The translations under genes and the position numbers were made by a program. From the IMG/VR virus record IMGVR_UViG_3300027987_000212, positions 32,001 to 96,000 of that record: a DNA stretch of 64,000 nt. One strand, 5' to 3'. Origin of the DNA: a virus. Below, piece by piece: positions 56,313 through 64,000 of this stretch (the stretch's first letter is position 1; every line of letters begins with the position of its first letter). The notes under the pieces are model-generated. The model did not search any database. It saw only the letters and a program-made list of their open reading frames with translations, and was not told the DNA's origin.

Positions 56313-56927
56313 TCACCGACTTTGCAGAAACTTCTGCACTTTCTTGTAGCTACGCCGATGCTCCGGACACTGTCCGTACTGCTTCATTGCCGCCTTGTGC
56401 TCCTTGGTCACGTACCCCTTGTGCTGGTCAAACCCATACTGAGGGTACGTCCTCGCCAGCTGTATCATGACGCGGTCTCTCCGCACTTTCGCTAGAACGC
56501 TGGCAGCACTCACAGCCGGTACCAGCGCATCTGCGTCAGTCTGAAATGTGCACTCACGAAAGAGATGCTCCCATCCGGGCGGAGGCAGCCCGTCGATTAC
56601 TACTTGTGTGCCCGGTACCGCGGCTAAACCAAGCTGCTTGACCGCGAACATCAGCTCGTACAGTGCTCGGTGTAACCCTAGCTCATCTACCTCTTCCGCC
56701 GTCTTCTGCGCTGTCACGAGGTACACCGCTGCGGGGCCTATGAATTCTGCGAGTACGTCTTGTCGCTTTTGGTGAGCCTTTGTCTTCTTCGTATCGTGGT
56801 AGCTCTTCGAGTCTTTCACCTTCTCATGGGACCAGCCTGCAGGCATGACCGCTCCCCCGACGACGAGGGGCCCGGCACATGCGCCGAACCCAACCTCGTC
56901 GATACCCATTACAAAAGAAGCCATCAC
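56313..56927 (-). CDS. rnhB: Ribonuclease HII
   Basis: GIDEVGFGACAGPLVV, KDSK, ADALVPAVSAASVLAKV.RD, YGFDQHKGY. Confidence 0.95.
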   Translation of the reverse strand: MMASFVMGIDEVGFGACAGPLVVGGAVMPAGWSHEKVKDSKSYHDTKKTKAHQKRQDVLAEFIGPAAVYLVTAQKTAEEVDELGLHRALYELMFAVKQLGLAAVPGTQVVIDGLPPPGWEHLFRECTFQTDADALVPAVSAASVLAKVRRDRVMIQLARTYPQYGFDQHKGYVTKEHKAAMKQYGQCPEHRRSYKKVQKFLQSR

Positions 56928-57607
56928 GGTGATGCCTGAGTAGCCACAGTCTCAGGTGTTGGCACACTCCTACGGGTGAATGTACTTTGAATGACCTCTG
57001 CACCCTCTGCCGTCGTAAGCAACACTTGGGCAGAAGTAGCGCTTGGCGCCATCCTGACTTGCAGCACCAAGTCTCTCTGCACCAACATCTGCTTGCTGTC
57101 CACGTCGTCTGCTGGGTGGTGGCGACAAAAAGCTGTTCCGGTGGCGTAAAAATCGCAGCCACCTACCCGTACACCGTCGCCCGTCTTCACACGAAACTTC
57201 AAGTCGTACGGCGCCGGTGCCTTACCAGTACGACTCGTCCCAGATTCCTCTGCGAACAGCACAAATTCGGGTCCCCACTTAGTAGCCTCGCCTACCCACT
57301 CCGTACCGATGAAAGGTCCCCAGTCGTTTGCACAGGTAAATCCTGCACAAACCGACAGAGGAGGAGGAGGAGGAGGAGGGGGAGCTGCAGTCGTCGCTGC
57401 AGCCACCGGGGCAGCAACTACTGGGTAGATTTCCGTAGCTTCTACGGAAGCTTCTGTGAGTACCGCTCCCGTAGCATCCGCGGCCACGTTCGATACCGTG
57501 CTGCGTACTGCGGGTGGTTGGGCCAGTAAGTACCCTACAAGTAGCGCAGCCAAGACTGCAGCTGCCCATGCACCGTGCGTCAATCGTTGTTCTTTGGTCA
57601 TGTTCAC
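56924..57607 (-). CDS. Membrane-anchored protein with poly-Pro linker and Cys-containing domain
   Basis: N-terminal TM; APPPPPPPP. Confidence 0.75.
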   Translation of the reverse strand: MNMTKEQRLTHGAWAAAVLAALLVGYLLAQPPAVRSTVSNVAADATGAVLTEASVEATEIYPVVAAPVAAATTAAPPPPPPPPLSVCAGFTCANDWGPFIGTEWVGEATKWGPEFVLFAEESGTSRTGKAPAPYDLKFRVKTGDGVRVGGCDFYATGTAFCRHHPADDVDSKQMLVQRDLVLQVRMAPSATSAQVLLTTAEGAEVIQSTFTRRSVPTPETVATQASP

Positions 57608-57612
57608 CTCCG

Positions 57613-58425
57613 TTAAGCTGCAGCCTGCCCCGCTATGAATAATTCATGTGTACGGGGGAATCGATGTTGAATGATGGTACTGACAGCATTGGCGTACTGC
57701 CGAATCTCCCACTGTGCATTGGGCGCCATGCGTAGCGTAAGGAAGTGCAGCCAGTTGCGAAGATTCGCAGAAGCGCGCATGCGCGAGTAGCGCCCAACCG
57801 TTAGAGCGAGCCTAGCCAACTCCTTAGGCACCCCAAGAGCCAGCCCACGTTGGTACAGCTGCTCCCCTTGCTGGTAATACGTGCTCAACTCGTCGAGCCA
57901 CCGCAAGGCGTCGTCCAAAGGCAACGTCTGACCAGGTCCGAGAAGATTCTGAGCCTGCTTGTTGGTACCCGCATTGAGCATCAGCCGGTCGACAGTTGGC
58001 AGGTAGTTCTCGTTCGGGAGTGGGACGTACCTAGCACTCATCTCGTTGTACGACTGAGTCCGATGTCTGTGCCACTCCCGAAATACCATGATGGGGGCAC
58101 TCACCTCGATTACCAGCCCGGCCATCTCGAAGGGGGTAGAGTGCCGATTGTCGTAGAGGTACTTGAGGAGTCGCTCGTCTCCCGGCTTGTCTGCGTCATG
58201 CTGACAAGCGCGTTGTTCTGATGTCGGGTAGTTCGCGGGGTCGAACCCCCCAGCTTCCCTCTCCACCATGCGCAAGCTGCACTTCGAGCAAGAGGGACCC
58301 CAACCAAGAAAGCCCTTGTTGGTACTCATTCGGGCAGCTTCGATGATGCGCTCATCGGAGCCCCAAGACTCGACAAACTGCAGGTACCCGTGGTCTAGCA
58401 GCTCAATTTTAGCTGGCTTCAACAT
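57613..58425 (-). CDS. thyX: FAD-dependent thymidylate synthase
   Basis: HSTPFE, REWHRHRT.SYNEMSARY, NLRNWLHFLTLR...AQWEIR. Confidence 0.96.
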   Translation of the reverse strand: MLKPAKIELLDHGYLQFVESWGSDERIIEAARMSTNKGFLGWGPSCSKCSLRMVEREAGGFDPANYPTSEQRACQHDADKPGDERLLKYLYDNRHSTPFEMAGLVIEVSAPIMVFREWHRHRTQSYNEMSARYVPLPNENYLPTVDRLMLNAGTNKQAQNLLGPGQTLPLDDALRWLDELSTYYQQGEQLYQRGLALGVPKELARLALTVGRYSRMRASANLRNWLHFLTLRMAPNAQWEIRQYANAVSTIIQHRFPRTHELFIAGQAAA

Positions 58426-58435
58426 ACTACCTCCT

Positions 58436-59620
58436 TCACTGCGCCTTCTTAGGCTTCTTCTTCCCTGGAGTCAACAAGTCACCCGCCAAGGTCTGAATCT
58501 CCTTCTTGCGGTCTTGTTCTGGTACTAGCTCCGCCACCTTACCCAGCGCATTGGCTGCCCACCAAGCAGTTGCGGTGGCCCCGCGCTTGTCGTCTTGAAT
58601 CACTGGTGGTAGGTCGATGATGTCGCTCTCGCCGTCCAGCATGGTACGCATCAGCTCTACCTCTTTTTTGGTAAGCGTCTGCAGTAGCCGCTTGGAGAGT
58701 AAGTGCCACGGTAGCTCCAACTCGACTGCTGCCTGGATGCTAGCAATGAGTGAGGCAATGACCTGCGGTGACGCAGCTGCGCGAACCGCGTCGCATACAG
58801 CAGACTGGTATGCAGCTAACTCCTTGTCGTACGTTTCTTCGCTGAGCTCGAGGTCCGACTCCTCAATGAGTGCCCCCAAGTGCACTTGCGCCAAGGTGTC
58901 CTCAAGAATGCCAACGGTGTTCGACCCGATACGCATGAAGATGTTGGACACACGCTGCTTACCTGCCCCGAAGTCACTATTTGCATACGCGACCCCAAAG
59001 GCTACGAACTCCCCATCAACTGGCTCGAACACGTAAGGCAGCATGCACTTGACTACCGTCATCACATCGCTGACGCCAGTCTCGATAATCTGCATGCCGC
59101 ACTCCGTACTTGTCTCCAGGAACGGTCGGAGAAGATTGGCCACACTCAACTTTCTGTTGAACGTACGCGAAAGAAAGCCGCGTAGCTCTCCATACACCGT
59201 ACGGTGGAGCATCTTCGCCTTGTTTCGCTTGCGGTCTAAGTACGTACCGCGATGCAACAGCTCATTGAAGTTGTACGCAACTAAGTCATGCCTCCAACGC
59301 TCCTCAGTCGCTACCTGCTTAGTCACGAACGGCATAGGCAACCCTATCACTGCTGCTATCTGACGAAGCGCATGCGGGTGCACCCCAGTTACTGGGAGCG
59401 CTCCACCCGCATACTCCACCTTCAGTCGAGCGTAGTTCTTCCCCTCTACTACGATTATTGTCATAGCATCGGGAGCTACCAACCTATCTACGATGGGCGT
59501 ACTCAGCACCCGTTCGACTACTAGACGCTTTGCCTCCTCCGTAGCGCTCAAGCGCGTTTGGAGCATTGTAGCGTACTGCCTACTAGCCTTGGAACTCGTC
59601 GTTAACTCGTCGTACATCAT
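58436..59620 (-). CDS. DUF932-like protein
   Basis: HALRQIA, LRGFLS..F, GVAYANSDFGAG; GGAG SD before ATG 59620. Confidence 0.75.
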   Translation of the reverse strand: MMYDELTTSSKASRQYATMLQTRLSATEEAKRLVVERVLSTPIVDRLVAPDAMTIIVVEGKNYARLKVEYAGGALPVTGVHPHALRQIAAVIGLPMPFVTKQVATEERWRHDLVAYNFNELLHRGTYLDRKRNKAKMLHRTVYGELRGFLSRTFNRKLSVANLLRPFLETSTECGMQIIETGVSDVMTVVKCMLPYVFEPVDGEFVAFGVAYANSDFGAGKQRVSNIFMRIGSNTVGILEDTLAQVHLGALIEESDLELSEETYDKELAAYQSAVCDAVRAAASPQVIASLIASIQAAVELELPWHLLSKRLLQTLTKKEVELMRTMLDGESDIIDLPPVIQDDKRGATATAWWAANALGKVAELVPEQDRKKEIQTLAGDLLTPGKKKPKKAQ

Positions 59621-59628
59621 GCTTCTCC

Positions 59629-59661
59629 AAAAAAGAACGGCCCGCCTTGTGAGCGGGCCGT
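59629..59661 (-). terminator. Rho-independent terminator after sigma gene
   Basis: ACGGCCCGC/GCGGGCCGT 9-bp stem followed on - strand by TCTTTTTT. Confidence 0.85.
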
Positions 59662-59693
59662 CCAACACCTGAGTACCGACGCCGAGTCTACAC

Positions 59694-60476
59694 TCAGATG
59701 TACCTTTTGTACTTGGCTTCTACACGCTTCTTCAGTCGAGAAACCTGGGAAGGGGACTTCCCCATACGTCGCGCAATCTCGCCTGTGGAGGAAACCACGG
59801 GCTTACCGTTACGTCCGAACATGTAGTCAAACACAGTTCGTTCGTCATCACTGTTCAATTCTGCAGGCAGCAGCGCCACTGTCTCCGCGTGCCGCACACT
59901 CTGCAGCGCAGTAGGGTCAGACTCGAAAGCAGAGGACAGTACGTCTGCTCGCTGCAATCCTTGGACTTCTTGAATGAGCTTGGGCGGCTTACCCAAGTGT
60001 GCTCCCAACTCTGCATGGGTCGGCTCACGACCAAACTGCTGCCGGAGCGTATCTGCCGCAACGTTAATCTGCCCGATTAAGTCCGACTTCCCCTCTGGGA
60101 TGTAGGCCATGTTTTGGTAACGCTTATTGGTTCGCGTCGCCCTGTTGATGTGGGTATTTACCCAAGTACGTAGCGTCGCCGGTTTGCCCCCGGGAGCTAC
60201 GTACGACGGGTCAAATCGCTGGAAAGCCTCGATAGCGTTAGACATCATGTTACCGCGCAGCGCTGCCTCTGACACGTTGGGCGCCTTTAGTCGCCCGATA
60301 GTTTTGTTGAAGTCCGAGTCGAACCGGCCCAACAATGCTCCCAGGTTCTGCTTAGACGGGTCCGCTTTCCACTCCTGCCACGCAGTAAAGTCCTGCCTAT
60401 TGCGCTCTGCCGCAGTCTTCTCCGTCTCGTCTAAGTAATCTTGTAGAGGGTCGTGATTGGTAGTCTCGTTGCTCAT
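59694..60476 (-). CDS. Phage RNA polymerase sigma-70 family factor (FliA/SigF type, regions 2-3-4)
   Basis: AIEAFQRFDP...TWV...I (region 2), LRQQFGREPTHAELGAHLG (region 3), DERTVFDYMFG...EIARRMGKSPSQVSRL (region 4 HTH). Confidence 0.88.
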   Translation of the reverse strand: MSNETTNHDPLQDYLDETEKTAAERNRQDFTAWQEWKADPSKQNLGALLGRFDSDFNKTIGRLKAPNVSEAALRGNMMSNAIEAFQRFDPSYVAPGGKPATLRTWVNTHINRATRTNKRYQNMAYIPEGKSDLIGQINVAADTLRQQFGREPTHAELGAHLGKPPKLIQEVQGLQRADVLSSAFESDPTALQSVRHAETVALLPAELNSDDERTVFDYMFGRNGKPVVSSTGEIARRMGKSPSQVSRLKKRVEAKYKRYI

Positions 60477-60497
60477 CGCTTCGTACCTCCAAGGGAC

Positions 60498-60505
60498 TTA
60501 TCCCC
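60498..60505 (-). promoter_or_regulatory. Class A motif GGGGATAA upstream of sigma gene
   Basis: 21 nt before ATG 60476; separate GGAGG SD. Confidence 0.55.
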
Positions 60506-60519
60506 GACTAGAGGCAAGA

Positions 60520-60903
60520 CTACTCACGACCCAGCAGTTCACGCACTCGCGTTTGTAGGGTTGGAACCTGGGCAACCTTGGTTGCCCCCGTTAGGTGCAC
60601 AGAGTGCGCCGAGAAGTCTCCGGAGGCAACATGGTCGAATGCTTCCCGCATGAGCGCGTTATCCGCCGCATCAGTTTTGCCGATGTTGGGGAACGCATCC
60701 TCTAGCAATTTTCTGCGCCCATCCTCCACTGCACTGCGCACAGCGTCACCAGACAACCCGACGTCGTCGGCTGAAGTCATGTCACGGACAGGCGCCTCAT
60801 CCTGCCGTAGCGTGTTCACTCCAGCAATACTGGCGTCCTCGTTGGTCTCTACTACGTCAGCACTCTTCAACAACTCATACAGGGCGTCTTCTGCATTTGC
60901 CAT
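60520..60903 (-). CDS. Hypothetical, probable virion protein
   Basis: TGC-TATGCT 6 nt before ATG 60903; K-x-A motifs (LKSA, TKVA). Confidence 0.75.
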   Translation of the reverse strand: MANAEDALYELLKSADVVETNEDASIAGVNTLRQDEAPVRDMTSADDVGLSGDAVRSAVEDGRRKLLEDAFPNIGKTDAADNALMREAFDHVASGDFSAHSVHLTGATKVAQVPTLQTRVRELLGRE

Positions 60904-60919
60904 GCCAGAAGCATAGCAC

Positions 60920-61522
60920 CTAGACCCACCAATCTGGAATGGCACGCGGTTCTTCCCAGCGAGCCTCCCGTACTTCTGCCAAGTAGTACGAGCGAAATGC
61001 CTGCACAGCGTCACTAGCCCGGTACTGCACGGGTAGCGTTCCCTGGCACAACTCCGCGGTGTCGCAGATGAGAGACGTACCGAACGGCTGTGGGTCGTGC
61101 CTAGGAACGTACCCTGAGTGCCCGGCCCGCACGATGGCATCGCCAGCCGGATGGGGCGTCTTGGCGTACGCGAGGTGCTCTACGCCCAACATCCTACCGA
61201 ACTGCACCAACCATGCCCAAGTAGTGGCTGACTGCAGCCCCCACAACACCCAAGGATGCTGCTCCGAGACTAGGGTACACGTCGAAGGTAGCCAGCTTTG
61301 GTTGTGCGGTAAACCCCCAGTTACCCGCGCCACAGTACGCCGTGGTTTGCGAGACCAGCCACCCAAGGCGTTTTCCATATTCGAGACTAGCGTTCTTTGC
61401 CGTATAGATAGCTCAATCCTGCAGACCACTGAAGCAGTCTCGAGTAGCACTGGCTCCAAGTGCTGGTCACAAAGCATTGTAGCAGCCACAACCGCATTGG
61501 AGTGCAATGCGTAGATACTCAC
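60920..61522 (-). CDS. Pyrimidine-dimer DNA glycosylase (DenV/Pyr_excise-like) family, divergent
   Basis: MSIYAL...CDQH...LLET, QHPW..W, DAVQAFRSYY...W....IPDWW. Confidence 0.7.
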   Translation of the reverse strand: MSIYALHSNAVVAATMLCDQHLEPVLLETASVVCRIELSIRQRTLVSNMENALGGWSRKPRRTVARVTGGLPHNQSWLPSTCTLVSEQHPWVLWGLQSATTWAWLVQFGRMLGVEHLAYAKTPHPAGDAIVRAGHSGYVPRHDPQPFGTSLICDTAELCQGTLPVQYRASDAVQAFRSYYLAEVREARWEEPRAIPDWWV

Positions 61523-61899
61523 GGGTTACGCCCTGTTGCGTACTGGTACCACTGCAAAGCAGACTGCTCTGCAGCCATGAGGCGTGCGTGCAGATTCCGT
61601 ATTTCCTCTTGATGGCGCACGGTTAACTCTACCGTAGTTTGCGTGTGCTGCTGCGCTTGTACTTCCAGTTGACTTCGTAGCTCACCGACCTGCGCCTCCG
61701 TCATGCGCAGAGCTTCCTGCAGCAATCCCGGTCCTGTGTACATAACGTGTCCAGAGGAAAACCTGGTAACAACTGCCCGCCACGCTTCTTTCGAGGGGAC
61801 GGACGCACGAAGAGTCAGAGTCCCACCCGGGTTGCCATTTGTCTCGTAGTATTGTGCATTGGTTAGGTAGAAACGCACCTGCTCGCTTACGTCGTCCAT
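61519..61899 (-). CDS. Coiled-coil hypothetical protein
   Basis: 126 aa; operon coupling. Confidence 0.7.
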   Translation of the reverse strand: MDDVSEQVRFYLTNAQYYETNGNPGGTLTLRASVPSKEAWRAVVTRFSSGHVMYTGPGLLQEALRMTEAQVGELRSQLEVQAQQHTQTTVELTVRHQEEIRNLHARLMAAEQSALQWYQYATGRNP

Positions 61900-62543
61900 G
61901 GCACCAACGGAGCTCCTTCCGTAATCGTCCCTAGTACTCGTCCTACGTTTACTTGCTGAGACACGTGCACCCCCAATAACTGCATCGCATTCTGAGCATC
62001 CACACCCACAACTCCCAGACTCATAGCGCCATTCGGCTCAACCAAGTTGGCCCTAATTGCTGACGCAATGTTAACGAGGTAATCTACGGCCTGCCCCACA
62101 AGTACCAGGTTAGGCCCACCTGCTGCCAACTTCTTGTGCACAACAGTTTTGCCGTCCACCAATACAATGCCCCCCAATCTAGCTTCTAGCGCATCCACAT
62201 CAAAGTATTGGCGTTGCCTTCGCATGACGTCCAGTACACGCGTCAGGCCGGTGTAGCTCCGCTCCGGTACCCCCTGCTGCAAACTGAGGAGTGGCTCCCA
62301 ATTGTACTCCGAGAAGCGCGCACTGGCCGCCCACAACGCAGCTAAGGTTACCTCGAGTAGGTAGAAAGAGCGCAGCAGTTGCACGCTGTGACTTCTTCCC
62401 AACACACCCACCGTAGCCAGCATACTGTTGAGTGCGTCCAGTTCCGGCTCGTACAGTTGCGCCGACGGACCCTCTCGTACGGCATCCCTCAGCTTGTGAA
62501 GGAAGCGCCACGTCACTGGGCAACGAAGTTCGGTATCAGCCAT
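61887..62543 (-). CDS. Hypothetical protein
   Basis: 218 aa; class A motif 62554-62561 upstream. Confidence 0.7.
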   Translation of the reverse strand: MADTELRCPVTWRFLHKLRDAVREGPSAQLYEPELDALNSMLATVGVLGRSHSVQLLRSFYLLEVTLAALWAASARFSEYNWEPLLSLQQGVPERSYTGLTRVLDVMRRQRQYFDVDALEARLGGIVLVDGKTVVHKKLAAGGPNLVLVGQAVDYLVNIASAIRANLVEPNGAMSLGVVGVDAQNAMQLLGVHVSQQVNVGRVLGTITEGAPLVPWTT

Positions 62544-62585
62544 AGCAGGAGGCTTATCTCCTACTACAGCTGAATTTCAAAGAGG

Positions 62586-64000
62586 CTACATCCTCGTGGA
62601 CGTAGCGGGCGTCTTCGTTGCTCCCGGTAGCGGTTTGCCGAATCCCACAGGCTTGGCAATCTGCGCAATGGACGGCCCTGGCGGCGGGCCCATCTTCAAC
62701 GTACCAACTGACTTGGCTTTGGAGAGCTGGCTTGCTGGCGAGAAGAGGCCGGCCTTCTTCTGCTTCTCGCTGGGAGGGCCCGCAGTCTTGAGCGGCGGTG
62801 CAGTAAATGGCGGCAGACTGCTGTGGTACTTCATGCTGGGAGGGTTCATGTCTCCGGAGAACTCTGACCGCGTGAAGCCCTCCTTCACCTTGGGTTGGGT
62901 TTCGCGCTGCTTGTCTCGTGCAACTCTACGTAGGGTGCCCGCACCCAGCGCTACTCCCCCAAGCATAGCCGCGCGTGCAGCGTACGAACCTAGTCCAGCC
63001 CCCATCGCGCGTCTAGCAGCTTTGAGCTCAGCTGGGCCTGCGCTAAGTCCTCGCAACGTCTTCAACCCAGTGTGTGAGGCACCCACTTCCGGTGCAAGTA
63101 ACGCCGCAGTACCAGCTGCCCCCAACCCCGCGCCGGCCAGTTGCGCTCTACGGTCGTCAGAACCAAGCAAGTAACCAGCTGTACCCGCTGCCCCAATCGA
63201 CGGTACCAGTGCTCGCGACAGCACATTTGCCGGCGTACTCTGTAGCAGCCTACCAACACGAGTCTTGTCTATAGCAGCATGTCCTAGTTCATGCGCCAAG
63301 GTAGCTGGAGAAGCCTTACCTACCACCGCTTTCGGACCGCCGGTACGCGTGTAGTAACCTCCTGCACCCAAGCTTCGGTCTAACTCTACTGGAACGGCAG
63401 CGCGGTCTACGAGTCTTCCAAACAAAGACTTTGTACCAGGCAGGGCACCCTCGTGTCGTACTGCACTCTCGAGTGCATCGTTAGCAGCATCAACACCCAT
63501 GTTGCCGCCTAGTACCAGACCGGCCGCGGCCAACTGCTTACCTCGGTGCGGCTCATTCGAACGCGTAGCATTAGCCAACTTCATCTCCGCTACCACCTGA
63601 CGTACTGCTGCAACTTTTGCCTGTAGCGGCTTCAACCCTTTGTCTGCGTTGAACGCCCCAACTCCCATCGTCTTCTTCAGACGCTGCACGGGGGTCTTGA
63701 ACCCTTGAGGCGTAAACCCCGACTGCGCACGCCAAGCATTGGGGTCAAACCAGCCCGCTGACTTCTCAAATCTCGAAGGCACCGCCTGCGAAGTCACCTT
63801 GAAGACGCGACAAGCGCCATCACCATCCCAGCTGCCGAGGTGTACCTTCTTGCCGCCGGGCGGGTCATCCTCGATAATCCCAAAGCTGTGCCCAACGTCA
63901 CCCACCTCACTGATTCGTGCTAAGAGCTTCTCTATAGCCTCCGCACCATCAGGGCTCGCCTCTATGGTTACGATAACGCGCGCCTGCGCAGCAAGCTTCT
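62586..64000 (-). CDS. Partial modular protein (starts beyond right edge) with HExxH motif and K-x-A linkers; probable virion cargo
   Basis: Frame of track ORF 62586..63905 stays open to 64000 (KLAAQARVIVTIEASPDGAEAIEKLLARISEV...); TLAHELGH; Gly/Ala-rich helices. Confidence 0.8.
   Translation of the reverse strand, partial: KLAAQARVIVTIEASPDGAEAIEKLLARISEVGDVGHSFGIIEDDPPGGKKVHLGSWDGDGACRVFKVTSQAVPSRFEKSAGWFDPNAWRAQSGFTPQGFKTPVQRLKKTMGVGAFNADKGLKPLQAKVAAVRQVVAEMKLANATRSNEPHRGKQLAAAGLVLGGNMGVDAANDALESAVRHEGALPGTKSLFGRLVDRAAVPVELDRSLGAGGYYTRTGGPKAVVGKASPATLAHELGHAAIDKTRVGRLLQSTPANVLSRALVPSIGAAGTAGYLLGSDDRRAQLAGAGLGAAGTAALLAPEVGASHTGLKTLRGLSAGPAELKAARRAMGAGLGSYAARAAMLGGVALGAGTLRRVARDKQRETQPKVKEGFTRSEFSGDMNPPSMKYHSSLPPFTAPPLKTAGPPSEKQKKAGLFSPASQLSKAKSVGTLKMGPPPGPSIAQIAKPVGFGKPLPGATKTPATSTRM

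Noticed and set aside
57355-57385. GGA trinucleotide run as a contingency locus
   Set aside because: It is an in-frame poly-Pro linker; slippage would not shift the frame
1-64000. Stop-codon reassignment or readthrough
   Set aside because: Conserved enzymes (PolA, RecA, ligase, ThyX, RNase HII) are full length in code 11; TAG, TGA and TAA all end genes at normal positions
1-64000. tRNA, rRNA or prophage attachment features
   Set aside because: No cloverleaf/T-loop context, integrase or host-gene boundary noticed on manual reading; a tRNAscan run would be needed to exclude tRNAs fully

Overview
The whole window reads as part of a large, GC-rich, gene-dense tailed dsDNA phage genome, myovirus-like from its baseplate proteins. 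I found no host housekeeping block, rRNA, tRNA, CRISPR array or integrase. Layout: (i) 0.45-17 kb, + strand replication/recombination operon (SF2 helicase, family-4 UDG, DnaB-like helicase, DnaG-like primase, gp32-like SSB, PolA, RecA, Hjc-like and RusA resolvases, Cas4-like exonuclease, several Pro/Gln/Gly/Tyr low-complexity proteins); (ii) 17-38 kb, - strand lysis-like membrane genes, tail-fibre/baseplate genes and an endolysin; (iii) 38-46 kb, small accessory genes (MazG-like, secreted lytic transglycosylase); (iv) 46-64 kb, scattered structural genes, DNA ligase, 5'-nucleotidase, collagen-like lipoprotein, RNase HII, ThyX, DUF932-like protein, a FliA/SigF-type sigma factor and probable virion proteins. 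Lipoproteins, spanin-like proteins and PGYGAPPP-type repeats suggest a diderm host, possibly Myxococcota (inference only). Best non-annotation signals: an unannotated candidate -1 ribosomal frameshift (G GGA AAC plus hairpin) that would add a helical domain to a prion-like protein; two promoter classes (GRGATAA, including one upstream of the phage sigma gene, and TAnnnT exactly 6 nt before SD-poor start codons, i.e. leaderless mRNAs); low-complexity tails on several replisome proteins; a primase with a degenerate acidic active site; recurrent K-x-A motifs in putative virion cargo; and apparent absence of GATC. All family calls are motif recognition by eye, with no database searches.
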